64,000 nt of DNA from Eledone cirrhosa (GCA_964016885.1 OZ024751.1:43648001-43712000); one strand, 5' to 3'. Shown: positions 1 to 12,870, counted from the first letter of the stretch. The notes: a model not told the origin generated them from the sequence alone. Made by a program: numbers and translations.

Positions 1-525
1 ACCCATCTCTCCCTCTCCACCTTTACTCTCATCTCCTCCCCTTTTTTCATCCTTTCCACCCCCCCCCCCCCTCTCTAAATAAAATATTTTTCCCAATATC
101 ACACATCAATCTAAAACTACTTTTCATATGTTGATTTAAAACTGCACTATCCACAAGTGTTTTTTAGCCTTCATATCATGTTCTCCTGTTTTATCTGATG
201 AAAACACAAATATTATTGCATGATGATGTTTGTTTTTGAAATGCGCATAATAAAATACATGGAACTCCTTTAACCATCTTTTGATCTTATATATTATATA
301 TATATATATATATATGTTTGTATGTAAAATGTAAACAGAAATAACAACACATTCGGTATATATATATATATATAACTGCTCTGTAGAACAACTGATGTTA
401 TTACATTGAGCTATTTATCTTACTGGTAATAAGGTAGTAATCAATTACTGACCTTCACTGTTTAGGGTTTAAAATATACATAACTATAAAAAGTTTTAGT
501 ATATACATAACCATAAATAGTATCC

Positions 526-561
<36 letters not shown>

Positions 562-565
<4 letters not shown>

Positions 566-761
566 AAGGAAATGTGGTAAGGAACCAGATGGACCATAAC
601 GCACCAGAGTACTCAATACTTAGGGTAGTAGAGTGGGAAATAGGAGAAAGTATGACCCCGATGGCAGAGCTCAAGCCATTTCGACGGCTATTTCTGGACT
701 ATTTAGTCCAGAAATAGCCCTCGAAACGGCTTGAGCTCTGCCATCGGGGTCATACTTTTTC
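562..761 (-). mobile_element. Penelope-like (PLE) terminal remnant, family P1, with 112-bp fold-back palindrome (647-758)
   Basis: Flanked by (TA)n on both sides. Arms 647-701 and 704-758 are reverse complements with 2 mismatches. Contains GAAA-stem-NUH hammerhead 3' half. Homologous to 43450-43563 and 45552-45757. Confidence 0.6.
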
Positions 762-1234
762 ATATATATATATATATATAACTGATGTGTTGGCTGGTTG
801 GCCCAATGTTACATTCAAGAACATAGAAAGAGAGGCAGGGTGGGGGGAAAAAAAGGGAGAATTAATATATGGATTGAAGGAGTAGTATAGTTACAGACCA
901 GAGAGGCAGGGATTAAGAAACATTATATTGAAACACACACACATGTATGTGTATATATATATATGTGTGTGTGTGTGTGGTATGTGTATGGGTATATGTA
1001 TATATGTGTGTATGAATCTATATGTATATATGTGCGTGTATATATATATATATATGTGTGTGAGTGTGTGTGTATTTATATGTATGTGTGCATATATATG
1101 TATATATATATATGTGTGTATGTATATATATATGTGTGTGTGTGTATATATATATATATACATACATACACATAATTAGGAAAGAATATGTGCAAAAGCA
1201 ACATGCTTCAAGAAGAGAGTGAGGAAAGAAAAGA

Positions 1235-1615
1235 GAGAAAGAGAGAGTGTGCGTGTGTGTGAATAAGAAAGAGAGAGTGTGTGTTTGTGTGTGAATAAGA
1301 GAGGGAGAGAGTGTGTGTTTGTGTGTGAATAAGAAAGGGAGAGAGTGTGTGTTTGTGTGTGAATAAGAAAGGGAGAGAGTGTGTGTTTGTGTATGAATAA
1401 GAGAGAGAGTGTGTGTGTGTGTGTGTTTGTGTATGAATAAGAGAGAGAGAGAGAGTGTGTGTGTTTGTGTGTGAATAAGAGAGAGAGAGTGTGTGTGTTG
1501 TTTGTGTGTGAATAAGAGAGAGAGAAAGTGTGTGTGTGTTTGTGTGTGAATAAGAGAGAGAGAGAGTGTTTGTGTGTGAAAAAGAGAGAGAGAGTGTGTG
1601 TGTGTTTGTGTGTAA
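1235..1615. repeat. Compound minisatellite (GTGTGAATAAGA-(GA)n-(GT)n-TT, ~35-40 bp, ~10 copies)
   Basis: Recurrent gtttgtgtgtgaataagagagag motif. Confidence 0.85.
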
Positions 1616-1837
1616 GAAGACAAACAGAATGTTTTGGCTTAATTCCAAAGAGAATTGGAAGAATACAGGTCTGAGACAGCTTGGCATCAAATGGTTGGCG
1701 TTGTACAGCAATAATTCCTCCATGTCTGGTAAATAATGGTCTATATATACTGCTGTGTTTGTAGTTACACTTATATCTGCTGCTGACTTATCTCAGACTC
1801 AAGCTTTTAGACATAACAAGGAAGATTAGTGGTGGTG

Positions 1838-2058
1838 GTTGTTGTTGTTGTTGTTGTTATTGTTGTTTTTTAGCCCTAGGCCTGCTCTAATAGAGAAGAT
1901 CGATAAAAATCCTCCCAGCCGTGGCCATCATGTATTATTTTTAGACAATATACATCGAATACTACATTGTCCAATGGATCTTTTGCCTTCTCAGATGGTA
2001 CAATATGACAGAGATTTGGCTGTTATTTCAAACAGGTCATGGAACCATATAGTGGACA
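1838..2058 (-). mobile_element. Probable degraded retroposon 3' portion with (AAC)n tail
   Basis: (GTT)n run directly followed by non-simple sequence tttagccctagg...gatttggctgttatttc, resembling an interspersed repeat tail. Single copy in the window. Confidence 0.35.
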
Positions 2059-2101
2059 CTTATTCAGCAAACTATCCCATATATATGTATATATATGTAT
2101 G

Positions 2102-2140
<39 letters not shown>

Positions 2141-2524
2141 CACCTCTGCCCTCAATTAGTTCCAGAAGTCAACACTTATGTTTAAAAACAATCAATGTCG
2201 AATTATCCCCTCCGCCCTATATAGCTTTCTATTTATTATTACTACTATATATATATATATATATATAACCATATATATTTTTATAAATTTTCAACCGTAT
2301 ATATTTTTATATATTTTTATATTTGTATATCTGTTTGACCCGAATTAGACGGTCGTTTTTTCGCTGTGCGGATGATTAGTTTAACCACCATCTCAGTGTG
2401 TTTGGCCTTTAGCGTAAGTTGTAGCTCTAATTCATATGAATTATTGAGCGCTTGCCACACAACTCGGAAGTGTTTTTCGTTAATTCCTGAGCTGAAATTT
2501 GATTCTCGCTAATTTTTACTTGTA

Positions 2525-2707
2525 TCATCATCATCATCATCAACGTTTAACGTCCGTGTTCCACGCATGGGTTTGGACGGGGGTATTCCCACTTGAGGCA
2601 AGAGTGATTGTCTTGCTCGCATAGGACTGTCTGGCAGGTTTTCTACAGTTGGATGCCCTTCCTAACACCAACCACATTTACAGTGTGGGTCTGGGAGGTT
2701 TTTACCA
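2525..2707 (-). mobile_element. 5'-truncated SINE 3' part (subfamily C) with (TGA)n tail
   Basis: Reverse complement of 45343-45523 (ggatgcccttcctaacaccaacc, aacgtccgtgttccacgc). Confidence 0.85.
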
Positions 2708-2954
2708 TGTTTATATGAGTGTATATATGTGTTTTAATGTATGCATATATGTATGTATATGTGTATGTGTATGTATTTATATTTATTTATATATATATAT
2801 ATATGTAGGAGGTGAGTTTTATTGTAGTACAATAAAGCAATGCAGATATCGGATAAGAAGCACTCTACAGTTTGTAGGACTGGATTATACATAATATATA
2901 AGAACAAGAGATGGTTAAAAGAGTTCCATGTATTTTATTATGCGCATTTGTTCT

Positions 2955-3002
<48 letters not shown>

Positions 3003-3147
3003 ATATACACACACATGGAGGTATGAATACCAAAACACTGGCATAATACTCACTAACTAACTATTTGTGTGCACTCTGTATTTTAAGATGCAGCTTATCA
3101 ATGGCAAGCTTATTACCTGATTGAGTGTGTGGGTCATGGCAGGAATC

Positions 3148-6100
3148 ACTGAAATAAATTTAGTGACTTTAGTATACTGTGTATATATATATATATAGTA
3201 ATAGCTAAAATAGGACTATTGCTGAATTAAATTTGGTGGCTTTAGTATACTGTATATATATATATATAGTAATAGCTAAAATAGGACTATTGTTGAATTA
3301 AATTTAGAGACTTTTGTATACTGTCATCATCATCATTTCATTTTACGTCCGCTTTTCCCTGCTTGCAAGGGTGGGACGGGAACTGATTCTGGCTTGGTTT
3401 CTACAGCTGGATGCCCTTCCTAACACCAACCTCATTTACAGTGAGTGCTGGGTGCTTTTTTGCCGTGGCACCTCCACGACCACTTTGCAGTGGAATGATA
3501 TGGACCCCAGTCCCTATCATCTCATTTCTACAGCTGAGTAAACTGGAGCAATGTGAAATAAAGTGTCTTGCTCAAGGAAACAACACATCACCCGGTCTGA
3601 GAATTGAACTCACAACCTTTCGATTGCAAGGCCAATGCTCTAACCACTAAGCCATGTGTATATATATATATAGTAATAGCTAAAATAGGACTATTGCTGA
3701 ATTAAATTTAGAGACTTTAGTATACTGTGTATATATATATATAGTAATAGCTAAAATAGGACTATTGCTGAATTAAATTTAGAGACTTTAGTATACTGTG
3801 TATATATATATATAGTAATAGCTAAAATAGGACTATTGCTGAATTAAATTTAGAAACTTTAGTATACTGTGTATATATATATATAGTAATAGCTAAAATA
3901 GGACTATTGCTGAATTAAATTTAGAAACTTTAGTATACTGTGTATATATATATATAGTAATAGCTAAAATAGGACTATTGCTGAATTAAATTTAGAAACT
4001 TTAGTATACTGTGTATATATATATATAGTAATAGCTAAAATAGGACTATTGCTGAATTAAATTTAGAAACTTTAGTATACTGTGTATATATATATATATA
4101 GTAATAGCTAAAATAGGACTATTGCTGAATTAAATTTAGTGACTTTAGTATACTGTGTATATATATATATAGTAATAGCTAAAATAGGACTATTGCTGAA
4201 TTAAATTTAGAAACTTTAGTATACTGTGTATATATATATATAGTAATAGCTAAAATAGGACTATTGCTGAATTAAATTTAGAAACTTTAGTATACTGTGT
4301 ATATATATATATATAGTAATAGCTAAAATAGGACTATTGCTGAATTAAATTTAGTGACTTTAGTATACTGTGTATATATATATATATAGTAATAGCTAAA
4401 ATAGGACTATTGCTGAATTAAATTTAGTGACTTTAGTATACTGTGTATATATATATATATATAGTTATAGCTAAAATAGGACTATTGCTGAATTAAATTT
4501 AGTGACTTTAGTATACTGTGTTATATATATATATAGTAATAGCTAAAATAGGACTATTGCTGAATTAAATTTAGTGACTTTAGTATACTGTGTATATATA
4601 TATATAGTAATAGCTAAAATAGGACTATTGTTGAATTAAATTTAGAAACTTTAGTATACTGTGTATATATATATATAGTAATAGCTAAAATAGGACTATT
4701 GTTGAATTAAATTTAGTGACTTTAGTATACTGTGTATATATATATATATAGTAATAGCTAAAATAGGACTATTGCTGAATTAAATTTAGTGACTTTAGTA
4801 TACTGTGTATATATATATATAGTAATAGCTAAAATAGGACTATTGTTGAATTAAATTTAGAAACTTTAGTATACTGTGTATATATATATATAGTAATAGC
4901 TAAAATAGGACTATTGTTGAATTAAATTTAGTGACTTTAGTATACTGTGTATATATATATATATAGTAATAGCTAAAATAGGACTATTGCTGAATTAAAT
5001 TTAGTGACTTTAGTATACTGTGTATATATATATATAGTAATAGCTAAAATAGGACTATTGCTGAATTAAATTTAGTGACTTTAGTATACTGTGTATATAT
5101 ATATATATAGTAATAGCTAAAATAGGACTATTGCTGAATTAAATTTAGTGACTTTAGTATACTGTGTATATATATATATATAGTTATAGCTAAAATAGGA
5201 CTATTGCTGAATTAAATTTAGTGACTTTAGTATACTGTGTATATATATATATATAGTAATAGCTAAAATAGGACTATTGCTGAATTAAATTTAGTGACTT
5301 TAGTATACTGTGTATATATATATATAGTAATAGCTAAAATAGGACTATTGCTGAATTAAATTTGGTGGCTTTTGTATACTGTGTATATATATATATATAT
5401 AGTAATAGCTAAAATAGGACTATTGCTGAATTAAATTTAGAGACTTTAGTATACTGTGTATATATATATATAGTAATAGCTAAAATAGGACTATTGCTGA
5501 ATTAAATTTGGTGGCTTTTGTATACTGTGTATATATATATATAGTAATAGCTAAAATAGGACTATTGTTGAATTAAATTTAGAGACTTTTGTATACTGTG
5601 TATATATATATATAGTAATAGCTAAAATAGGACTATTGCTGAATTAAATTTGGTGGCTTTTGTATACTGTGTATATATATATATAGTAATAGCTAAAATA
5701 GGACTATTGCTGAATTAAATTTAGAAACTTTAGTATACTGTGTATATATATATATAGTAATAGCTAAAATAGGACTATTGCTGAATTAAATTTAGTGACT
5801 TTAGTATACTGTGTATATATATAGTAATAGCTAAAATAGGACTATTGCTGAATTAAATTTAGAGACTTTAGTATACTGTGTATATATATATATAGTAATA
5901 GCTAAAATAGGACTATTGCTGAATTAAATTTAGAGACTTTAGTATACTGTGTATATATATATAGTAATAGCTAAAATAGGACTATTGCTGAATTAAATTT
6001 AGAGACTTTAGTATACTGTGTATATATATATATAGTAATAGCTAAAATAGGACTATTGCTGAATTAAATTTAGAGACTTTAGTATACTGTGTATATATAT

Positions 6101-6303
6101 ATATAGTAATAGCTAAAATAGGACTATTGCTGAATTAAATTTAGTGACTTTAGTATACTGTGTATATATATATATATATAGTAATAGCTAAAATAGGACT
6201 ATTGCTGAATTAAATTTAGAAACTTTAGTATACTGTGTATATATATATATAGTAATAGCTAAAATAGGACTATTGCTGAATTAAATTTAGAGACTTTAGT
6301 ATA

Positions 6304-6337
<34 letters not shown>
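3148..6337. repeat. Minisatellite, 57-bp core + (TA)5-9 (~71 bp), ~39 units, interrupted by a SINE
   Basis: Unit gtaatagctaaaataggactattgctgaattaaatttag(a/t)gactttagtatactgtg(ta)n. Two units lie left of 3324, the rest at 3654-6310. Confidence 0.97.
3324..3657 (-). mobile_element. tRNA-derived SINE (subfamily A), near full length
   Basis: On - strand: A box TGGCTTAGTGG, B box GTTCAATTC, CORE-like ccttgagcaagacacttt, RTE-type tail ending (TGA)n. Near-identical to 8146-8488. Confidence 0.9.
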
Positions 6338-6339
<2 letters not shown>

Positions 6340-7310
6340 CTGAATATCTTTTCTTGTTTCGGTCAAGAGAATGGAGTTTAGTTTCTTTCAGTCTCTTGTC
6401 CAGTGGTTCATCCTTTGTGTGTTTATATATCTACATACATAAATACATTGTTGTATATATATAGACATATAGTTTTATATAAATAGATACATGTATGTAT
6501 AAATACATATATATCGGATTCATGGTGTTGGACCAGGAACCAAATAGTATATACAAGGGTGTAGGTTGGGGGGGGGGGGTCACACAGGTTATCTAAGGAA
6601 TTCTATAGATAGCAGCTGAGCTGAAGATCAGAACCTATGTCTCAACAGTTTGAAAAGTGAGAGAGGGTCTGTGTGAGGTGGGGAGGGGGCTAAGAGTGGT
6701 GGGTGGTGGATTCTAGGAATGTCTGTAAGAGAAACAAACAGATCTTGTGTAAATAGTTGGTTTATTAGGATGGGGGATGGGGAGATAACTACCATGTGTA
6801 TGTGGGGGGGGGGGGCATGTTTATATGAGTGTATATATGTGTATATATGTGTTTTAATGTATGCATATATGTATGTATATGTGTATGTGTATGTATTTAT
6901 ATTTATTTATATGCGTGTGTGGATGCATCAGTCTTCCACTTTAGTTTCTGCATTTCACACTAACACAAATACTTGCAGGGAGAGAGATAGAGAGAGAGAG
7001 GAGAGAGAGGGGATAGGGAGGGAAAGAGATGAAGAAAGATAATGAAATGTGGTGGAACTAGGGTGACCTGGCTGTGGGTGTGATGGTATATATATCCCAA
7101 TAGAGCCACCCACCCTTACACCACCCGAGAAAGATTCTATGATATTCAACAAATGCTCCCAATGAACTAACAACTGAAGCTGGGATTGAATATTTTGGGG
7201 AAGTTCATAATTTAACCCCTTTTGATGGGGTTAAATCTGCCCTAAAACCACCTCTGCCTCATGTGTGTTACTTGTTTGTGGCGAGGTTTTGTCCTTATGG
7301 CTTTGTTGGT

Positions 7311-7555
7311 GGAGGCGTGTGGCCTAGTGGTAAGGGTGTTGGACTTAGGATCATAATGTCGTGGGTTCGATTTCTGCACTGGGTTGTGTGTTGTGTTCTT
7401 CATGTTGCTTCAGTACACTCAGCTGAAAAATGATGAGTACCAGCAGTAGGGTTAACCCTACGATGGACTGGTGTCCTGTCCCGGGAGAAGTCTTGTACTC
7501 TTAGTCACTTAACGCCAGAGAAACCAGGATAAGCACTGACCTTTTGAGCCTCAGA
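7311..7555 (+). mobile_element. tRNA-derived SINE, older relative with different 3' part
   Basis: ggaggcgtgtggcctagtgg (A box), gggttcgatt (B box), cactcagctgaaaaatgatgagtacc, cctacgatggactggtgtcctgtcc. Confidence 0.75.
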
Positions 7556-7894
7556 ATTTGATATAAGAACCTTTGATAATAGCATGTCATATATATTCAA
7601 ATATAACCTGACCCCTATTTTTTGTCTGAGAAATAGGCAACAATCCAAACCCCGTTTATAAGCTGGCTGAGACAGCTAATCAACACGTTATGTTTAGATG
7701 GTGTGTTTTTGAAATCTTCATGAGTGGAGGATATATTTATGAAGTTTTAATATTTTGATGCTTAAAATGTTTTAAGTATGATTTAGGCCCTAAATGATAC
7801 TTATTTTAGGGTATAGGGTATAGGGGTATTGTTTTTGTTTCACAACTCCATTACATAATGATTTCTTTTGTCACATATTTCTCAGCTTATAAAC

Positions 7895-7990
7895 AAGTAA
7901 GTAATTTTACTAATTCTTTCAAATTCTTCATTAATTAACTGAAATACAGTGTATTTCATTAGAAACATAAATATGGTTGTGAAAGAGTTA
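7895..7990 (-). mobile_element. MITE-like fragment (family M2)
   Basis: Reverse complement resembles 47902-48000 (taactctttc..accatattt). Confidence 0.4.
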
Positions 7991-8109
7991 GAACATATAT
8001 ACTATGTCTGAAATGTTAAAACCTTCTTCCTGCTATTTCAAGCGTTAACCTAATATATTCCTTCCATATACTGTACTGATTGTGTTGTTATTTCTGTTTA
8101 CCTTTTACA

Positions 8110-8145
<36 letters not shown>

Positions 8146-8146
<1 letters not shown>

Positions 8147-8488
8147 CATCATCATCATCATTTCATTTTACGTCCACTTTTCCCTGCTTGCAAGGGTGGG
8201 ACGGGAACTGATTTTGGCTTGATTTCTACAGCTGGATGCCCTTCCTAACACCAACCTCATTTACAGTGAGTGCTGGGTGCTTTTTTGCTGTGGCACCTCC
8301 ACGACCACTTTGCAGTGGAATGATAGGGACCCCAGTTCTTATCATCTCATTTCTACAGCTGAGTAAACTGGAGCAATGTGAAATAAAGTGTCTTGCTCAA
8401 GGAAACAACACATCACCCGGTCTGTGAATTGAACTCACAATCTTTCGATTGCAAGGCCAATGCTCTAACCACTAAGCCATGTGTCTCC
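8146..8488 (-). mobile_element. tRNA-derived SINE (subfamily A), full length, inserted in (TA)n
   Basis: Same A/B boxes, central motif and (TGA)n tail as 3324-3657. TA runs on both sides. Confidence 0.92.
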
Positions 8489-8592
8489 ATATATATATAT
8501 ATATATACACATATATACAAGCAAAATGTGTTTTCTCTCTTGTGCCATCCTAATGTGTGTATGTGTATATATATACATGTGTATATATATAC

Positions 8593-8637
<45 letters not shown>

Positions 8638-8680
8638 CATTCATTTACTATATCTAAATAATGAGTCTTGTTACTCTGGA

Positions 8681-8749
<69 letters not shown>

Positions 8750-8882
8750 CATATATAATGTATGTATATTTAAAAAGCAACTGGTCTCCATAAATTAGGC
8801 CCTTTCCAACTGGTTCCTGGGTGATTAGGTCAGTATTGATTTCATGGCTAAAACCTGTCTGGTCTTGTTCTCTTGTACACAA

Positions 8883-8927
<45 letters not shown>

Positions 8928-9129
8928 CTGACTGACCCATCCTATTTCAGGAAGTCTCTCTCTCTCCTTACTATCCCCCCCCCCCCTCTCTTCCTCTCTC
9001 AACAACAATGTTATCCTCTTTTTTCTGTTTCTGTCTGTTTCTGCCCCCCCCCCCCCGCACTTCATTATCCCCCTCCCCCTCCTGTTTTTTTTTTCTTTTT
9101 TCTTCTCTCTCTTGTTTCCTTTCTTCTTC

Positions 9130-9920
9130 ATTCAACCACCATCAATGTCACCATCTCCATCACCATCATCACCACCACTAACACCATCATTAGTATCTCC
9201 ACCACCATTACCACCGCCACTACCATCAATGTCACCATCTCCACTACTGTCACCATCAATGTCACCACTACTACTACTACCACCACCAACACTACTACTA
9301 CTACCATCAGACCACCACCACTACCACCACTACTACTACCACCACCACTACTACCACCACTACACCACCACCTCCACTACCACCACCACCACTACTACCA
9401 CCACAACTACCACCACTACCACCACCACCACCACTACTACCACCACAACACCACCACTACTACCACTACCACCACCACCACTACCACCACCTCCATTACC
9501 ACCACCACTACCACCACTACCACCACTACCACCACCTTCACTACAACCACCACCACCACCTCCTCCACTACCACCACCACCACCACTACCACCACCACCA
9601 CCACTACTACCACTACCACCACCACCACCACTACCACCACCTCCATTACCACCACCACTACCACCACTACCACCACCTTCACTACAACCACCACCACCTC
9701 CTCCACTACCACCACTACCACCACCACCACCACTACTACCACCACAACACCACCACTACTACCACTACCACCACCACCACTACCACCACCTCCATTACCA
9801 CCACCTATACCACCACTACCACCACTACCACCACCACCACCACTACCACCACCACCACCACCATTACCTCCACCACCACTACCACCACCACCACCACCTC
9901 CACCACTACTACCATTACAT
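9130..9920. repeat. (ACC/ACT)n degenerate trinucleotide repeat
   Basis: Nearly pure cac/tac triplets with an internal ~138-bp duplication. Confidence 0.95.
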
Positions 9921-10688
9921 CAATTTATATATTCAATATGCCAACCTTGAGAGGTTGGGATCTTTATCTAAGATGAGTTGTTCAATAGATGAAATGGTGA
10001 GGTTGCTAGCTTACATGTGTGTGTGTGTGTGTGTGTGTGTATATAAGTGTGTTTGTAAGTGTGTCTCCAGATGTGTGTATATGTGTATATCTCTGTGTTT
10101 GTTGTGTGTCTTAGTGTGTGTGTGTATCTTAATGTGTGTGTGTTTGTGTGTGTCTTAATGGGAGTGTGTTTGTGTAAATCTTAATGTGTTTGTGTATATT
10201 TATCTCTCTGCATGTGTATATAAGTGACTGTTTGTTGTAGTAGTAGTAGTAGTAGTAGTAGCAGCAGCAGTAGTAGTAGTGGCCCCTCTTAAATCCCTAT
10301 GGTCACAATCTAGCTGACAACTTTTGTAAATAATACTGATTGCTACCTTGTTTTTTCCCCCCTTTTCTTGTGTGCGTGTACATACATACACACACACACA
10401 CACACAGTCAGATACACACATACACTCTACTTATTATATATGTACTTGTCAGTCTGCCTGTCAATCTGTTGAGCTGCATCTATCATCAACTGCACAGCTC
10501 CAATACTATAGCTAGCATATACATACACACACATGCATATATATGTGTGTGCATGTATATATATATATATATATATATGTTTGAGGATATAGGTATTTGT
10601 ATATAAATATAAATGTGTATGTATTTTTATGTGTATGTATATATATATATACATATGTATATAATATGTATGCATGTGTGCGTGTACT

Positions 10689-10721
<33 letters not shown>

Positions 10722-10877
10722 CATGGAAAATAGATGTTAAACGGCAATGATGATGATATGTATATGTGTGTGTGTATATATATATATTTTCTCTATCCTG
10801 TAACTTTAGGGGGAGTTATAAGGGTGCTGCATTGATATATGGCATTTCTAGGGCATGTTTTAAAATCTTCTCTCCAG

Positions 10878-10926
10878 ATCTGAATACAACAAATTTCTTC
10901 CAAAGAAGCAAAGATATATAGACAAA
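10878..10926 (+). CDS. Candidate internal coding exon (SEYNKFLPKKQRYIDK), gene unknown
   Basis: Acceptor aaaatcttctctccag, one open frame, followed by donor-like AAA|GTGAGA. No homology recognised. Confidence 0.25.
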
Positions 10927-11609
10927 GTGAGAAAGATATATAGACAAGGTGAGAAAGATATATAGACAAGGTGAGAAAGATATATAGACAAGGTGAGAAA
11001 GATATATAGACAAGGTGAGAAAGATATATAGACAAGGTGAGAAAGATATATAGACAAAGTGAGAAAGATATATAGACAAGGTGAGAAAGATATATAGACA
11101 AAGTGAGAAAGATATATAGACAAGGTGAGAAAGATATATAGACAAGGTGAGAAAGATATATAGACAAGGTGAGAAAGATATATAGACAAAGTGAGAAAGA
11201 TATATAGACAAGGTGAGAAAGATATATAGACAAGGTGAGAAAGATATATAGACAAGGTGAGAAAGATATATAGACAAGGTGAGAAAGATATATAGACAAG
11301 GTGAGAAAGATATATAGACAAGGTGAGAAAGATATATAGACAAGGTGAGAAAGATATATAGACAAGGTGAGAAAGATATATAGACAAAGTGAGAAAGATA
11401 TATAGACAAGGTGAGAAAGATATATAGACAAGGTGAGAAAGATATATAGACAAGGTGAGAAAGATATATAGACAAGGTGAGAAAGATATATAGACAAAGT
11501 GAGAAAGATATATAGACAAGGTGAGAAAGATATATAGACAAGGTGAGAAAGATACATAGACAAAGTGAGAAAGATATATAGACAAGGTGAGAAAGATATA
11601 TAGACAAAG
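10910..11609. repeat. 22-bp minisatellite AAAGATATATAGACAA(G/A)GTGAG, ~32 copies
   Basis: Direct inspection. Near-perfect units. Confidence 0.98.
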
Positions 11610-11610
11610 A

Positions 11611-11772
11611 ATTAACCCCAGTACTAGACTGGTACTTCTTTTATTTTATTGACCTTGAAAAGATGAAAGGCAGAGTTGACCTCAGTGGGATTTGAACTCA
11701 AAGTGTAGAGAGTCAGTAGGAATACTGCAAGCTATTCTATCCAACGTTCTAACAACTCTGCCAATTCACCAC
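11611..11772 (-). mobile_element. tRNA-derived SINE family B (5' half)
   Basis: Reverse of ...gagttcaaatccc...gaggtcaactctgcctttcatc...aagtaccagt..tactggggtt. Homologous to 43897-44057 and 62680-63022. Confidence 0.8.
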
Positions 11773-11952
11773 CTCTATCTATCTATCTATCTATCTCTCT
11801 CTCTATATATAGACACAGAGACAGTGAGAGTCTGCTCTGCTAAGACCAGGGACCAGGGGCACCACTAATCATAGGAGTATTTAATGCATTGAGATATGCA
11901 GAGTGGGTCGGGATTTTACTTCTCTCTCACTCTCTATCTATCTATCTATCAC

Positions 11953-12017
<65 letters not shown>

Positions 12018-12491
12018 ATATATATGTGTATATATATATATAGCTATTAGTCACATGAGCCTACTATTGTAGTCTGTTATATCAATTACAATACATTAAT
12101 ATCTTCCTGATATAAAAATGGTGGGTCGTTTTTATCCTCGATTACTTCAATACTTTGTATTTCCTGAGTGATTTATATGAATTTTAGGAGAGGACAGTGC
12201 ATGATGGGTAATATTAGTCATACTGATTATGGTACTGATGATTCTGTCAAGTTATTTTTAGCATAATTATCTGCCATAAATTGGGCTATCGTTTGTCCAG
12301 CTGTTCATTATTATGTAAACAAGAAAATTAGCATAAATATTTAAATTTTAACTGGTTCTCTTAATGACAACATGTTGCCCCGATTGTAAATATTACAAAA
12401 CCTGTGTTGGGTCTGTAACACCCTGCCTAACCCATGCCAGCTTGGATAAACAGGTAAAATATAATGATGATGATAATTATGTATAAATAGT

Positions 12492-12635
12492 AGGAAGGCA
12501 TGTGGCTTAGTAGTTAGGGTTTTGGACTCATGATTGCAAGGCTGTGAGTTCAATTTCCATCAATGCATTGTCTTCTTTGGCAAGACACTTTATTTCATGT
12601 TGCTCCAGTCCACTCAACTGGCAAAAATGAGTTGT
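12492..12635 (+). mobile_element. tRNA-derived SINE head (family A-related), 3'-truncated
   Basis: tggcttagtagttag, gtgagttcaatt, ggcaagacactttatttcatgttgctccagtccactcaactggcaaaaatgag. Confidence 0.8.
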
Positions 12636-12870
12636 ATATAGTAGACACTACTGCCTTAATATTACTCTACTGAGGATACTGTGAAAAGCCATATTGTGTT
12701 CTCATAGGACTTATCAGTGACAAAAGATGCTGTTGTGTTCTCATAGGACTTATCAGTGACAAAAGAGGGTGTTCAGAAAGAAGTTGATTATGAAGAATTG
12801 AGAAGGTAGCATCTCAGTAAGACCATTGATCAGCAACAAAAAGATTCAATGCTGATTATATATAAGTAGT

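Noticed and set aside
1615-1730. Possible exon in a unique-looking stretch
   Set aside because: Open frames exist on both strands, but there is no convincing acceptor-donor pair or recognisable protein.
3654-6337. Repeat-spacer pattern resembling a CRISPR array
   Set aside because: The spacers are only (TA)n of variable length.
7210-7236. 10-bp hairpin atttaacccc/ggggttaaat
   Set aside because: Short and isolated; possibly a collapsed MITE end, but unsupported.
8775-8882. - strand peptide CTREQDQTGFSHEINTDLITQEPVGKGLIYGDQLLFK
   Set aside because: Upstream is a purine (GA)n tract rather than an acceptor, with no clear donor or homology.
8844-10158. Mucin/extensin-like Thr/Pro/His ORFs
   Set aside because: Open in several frames because the (ACC)n repeat lacks stops. 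No splice or domain support.
10793-11607. Three overlapping - strand ORFs
   Set aside because: All three frames are open because of the 22-bp repeat.
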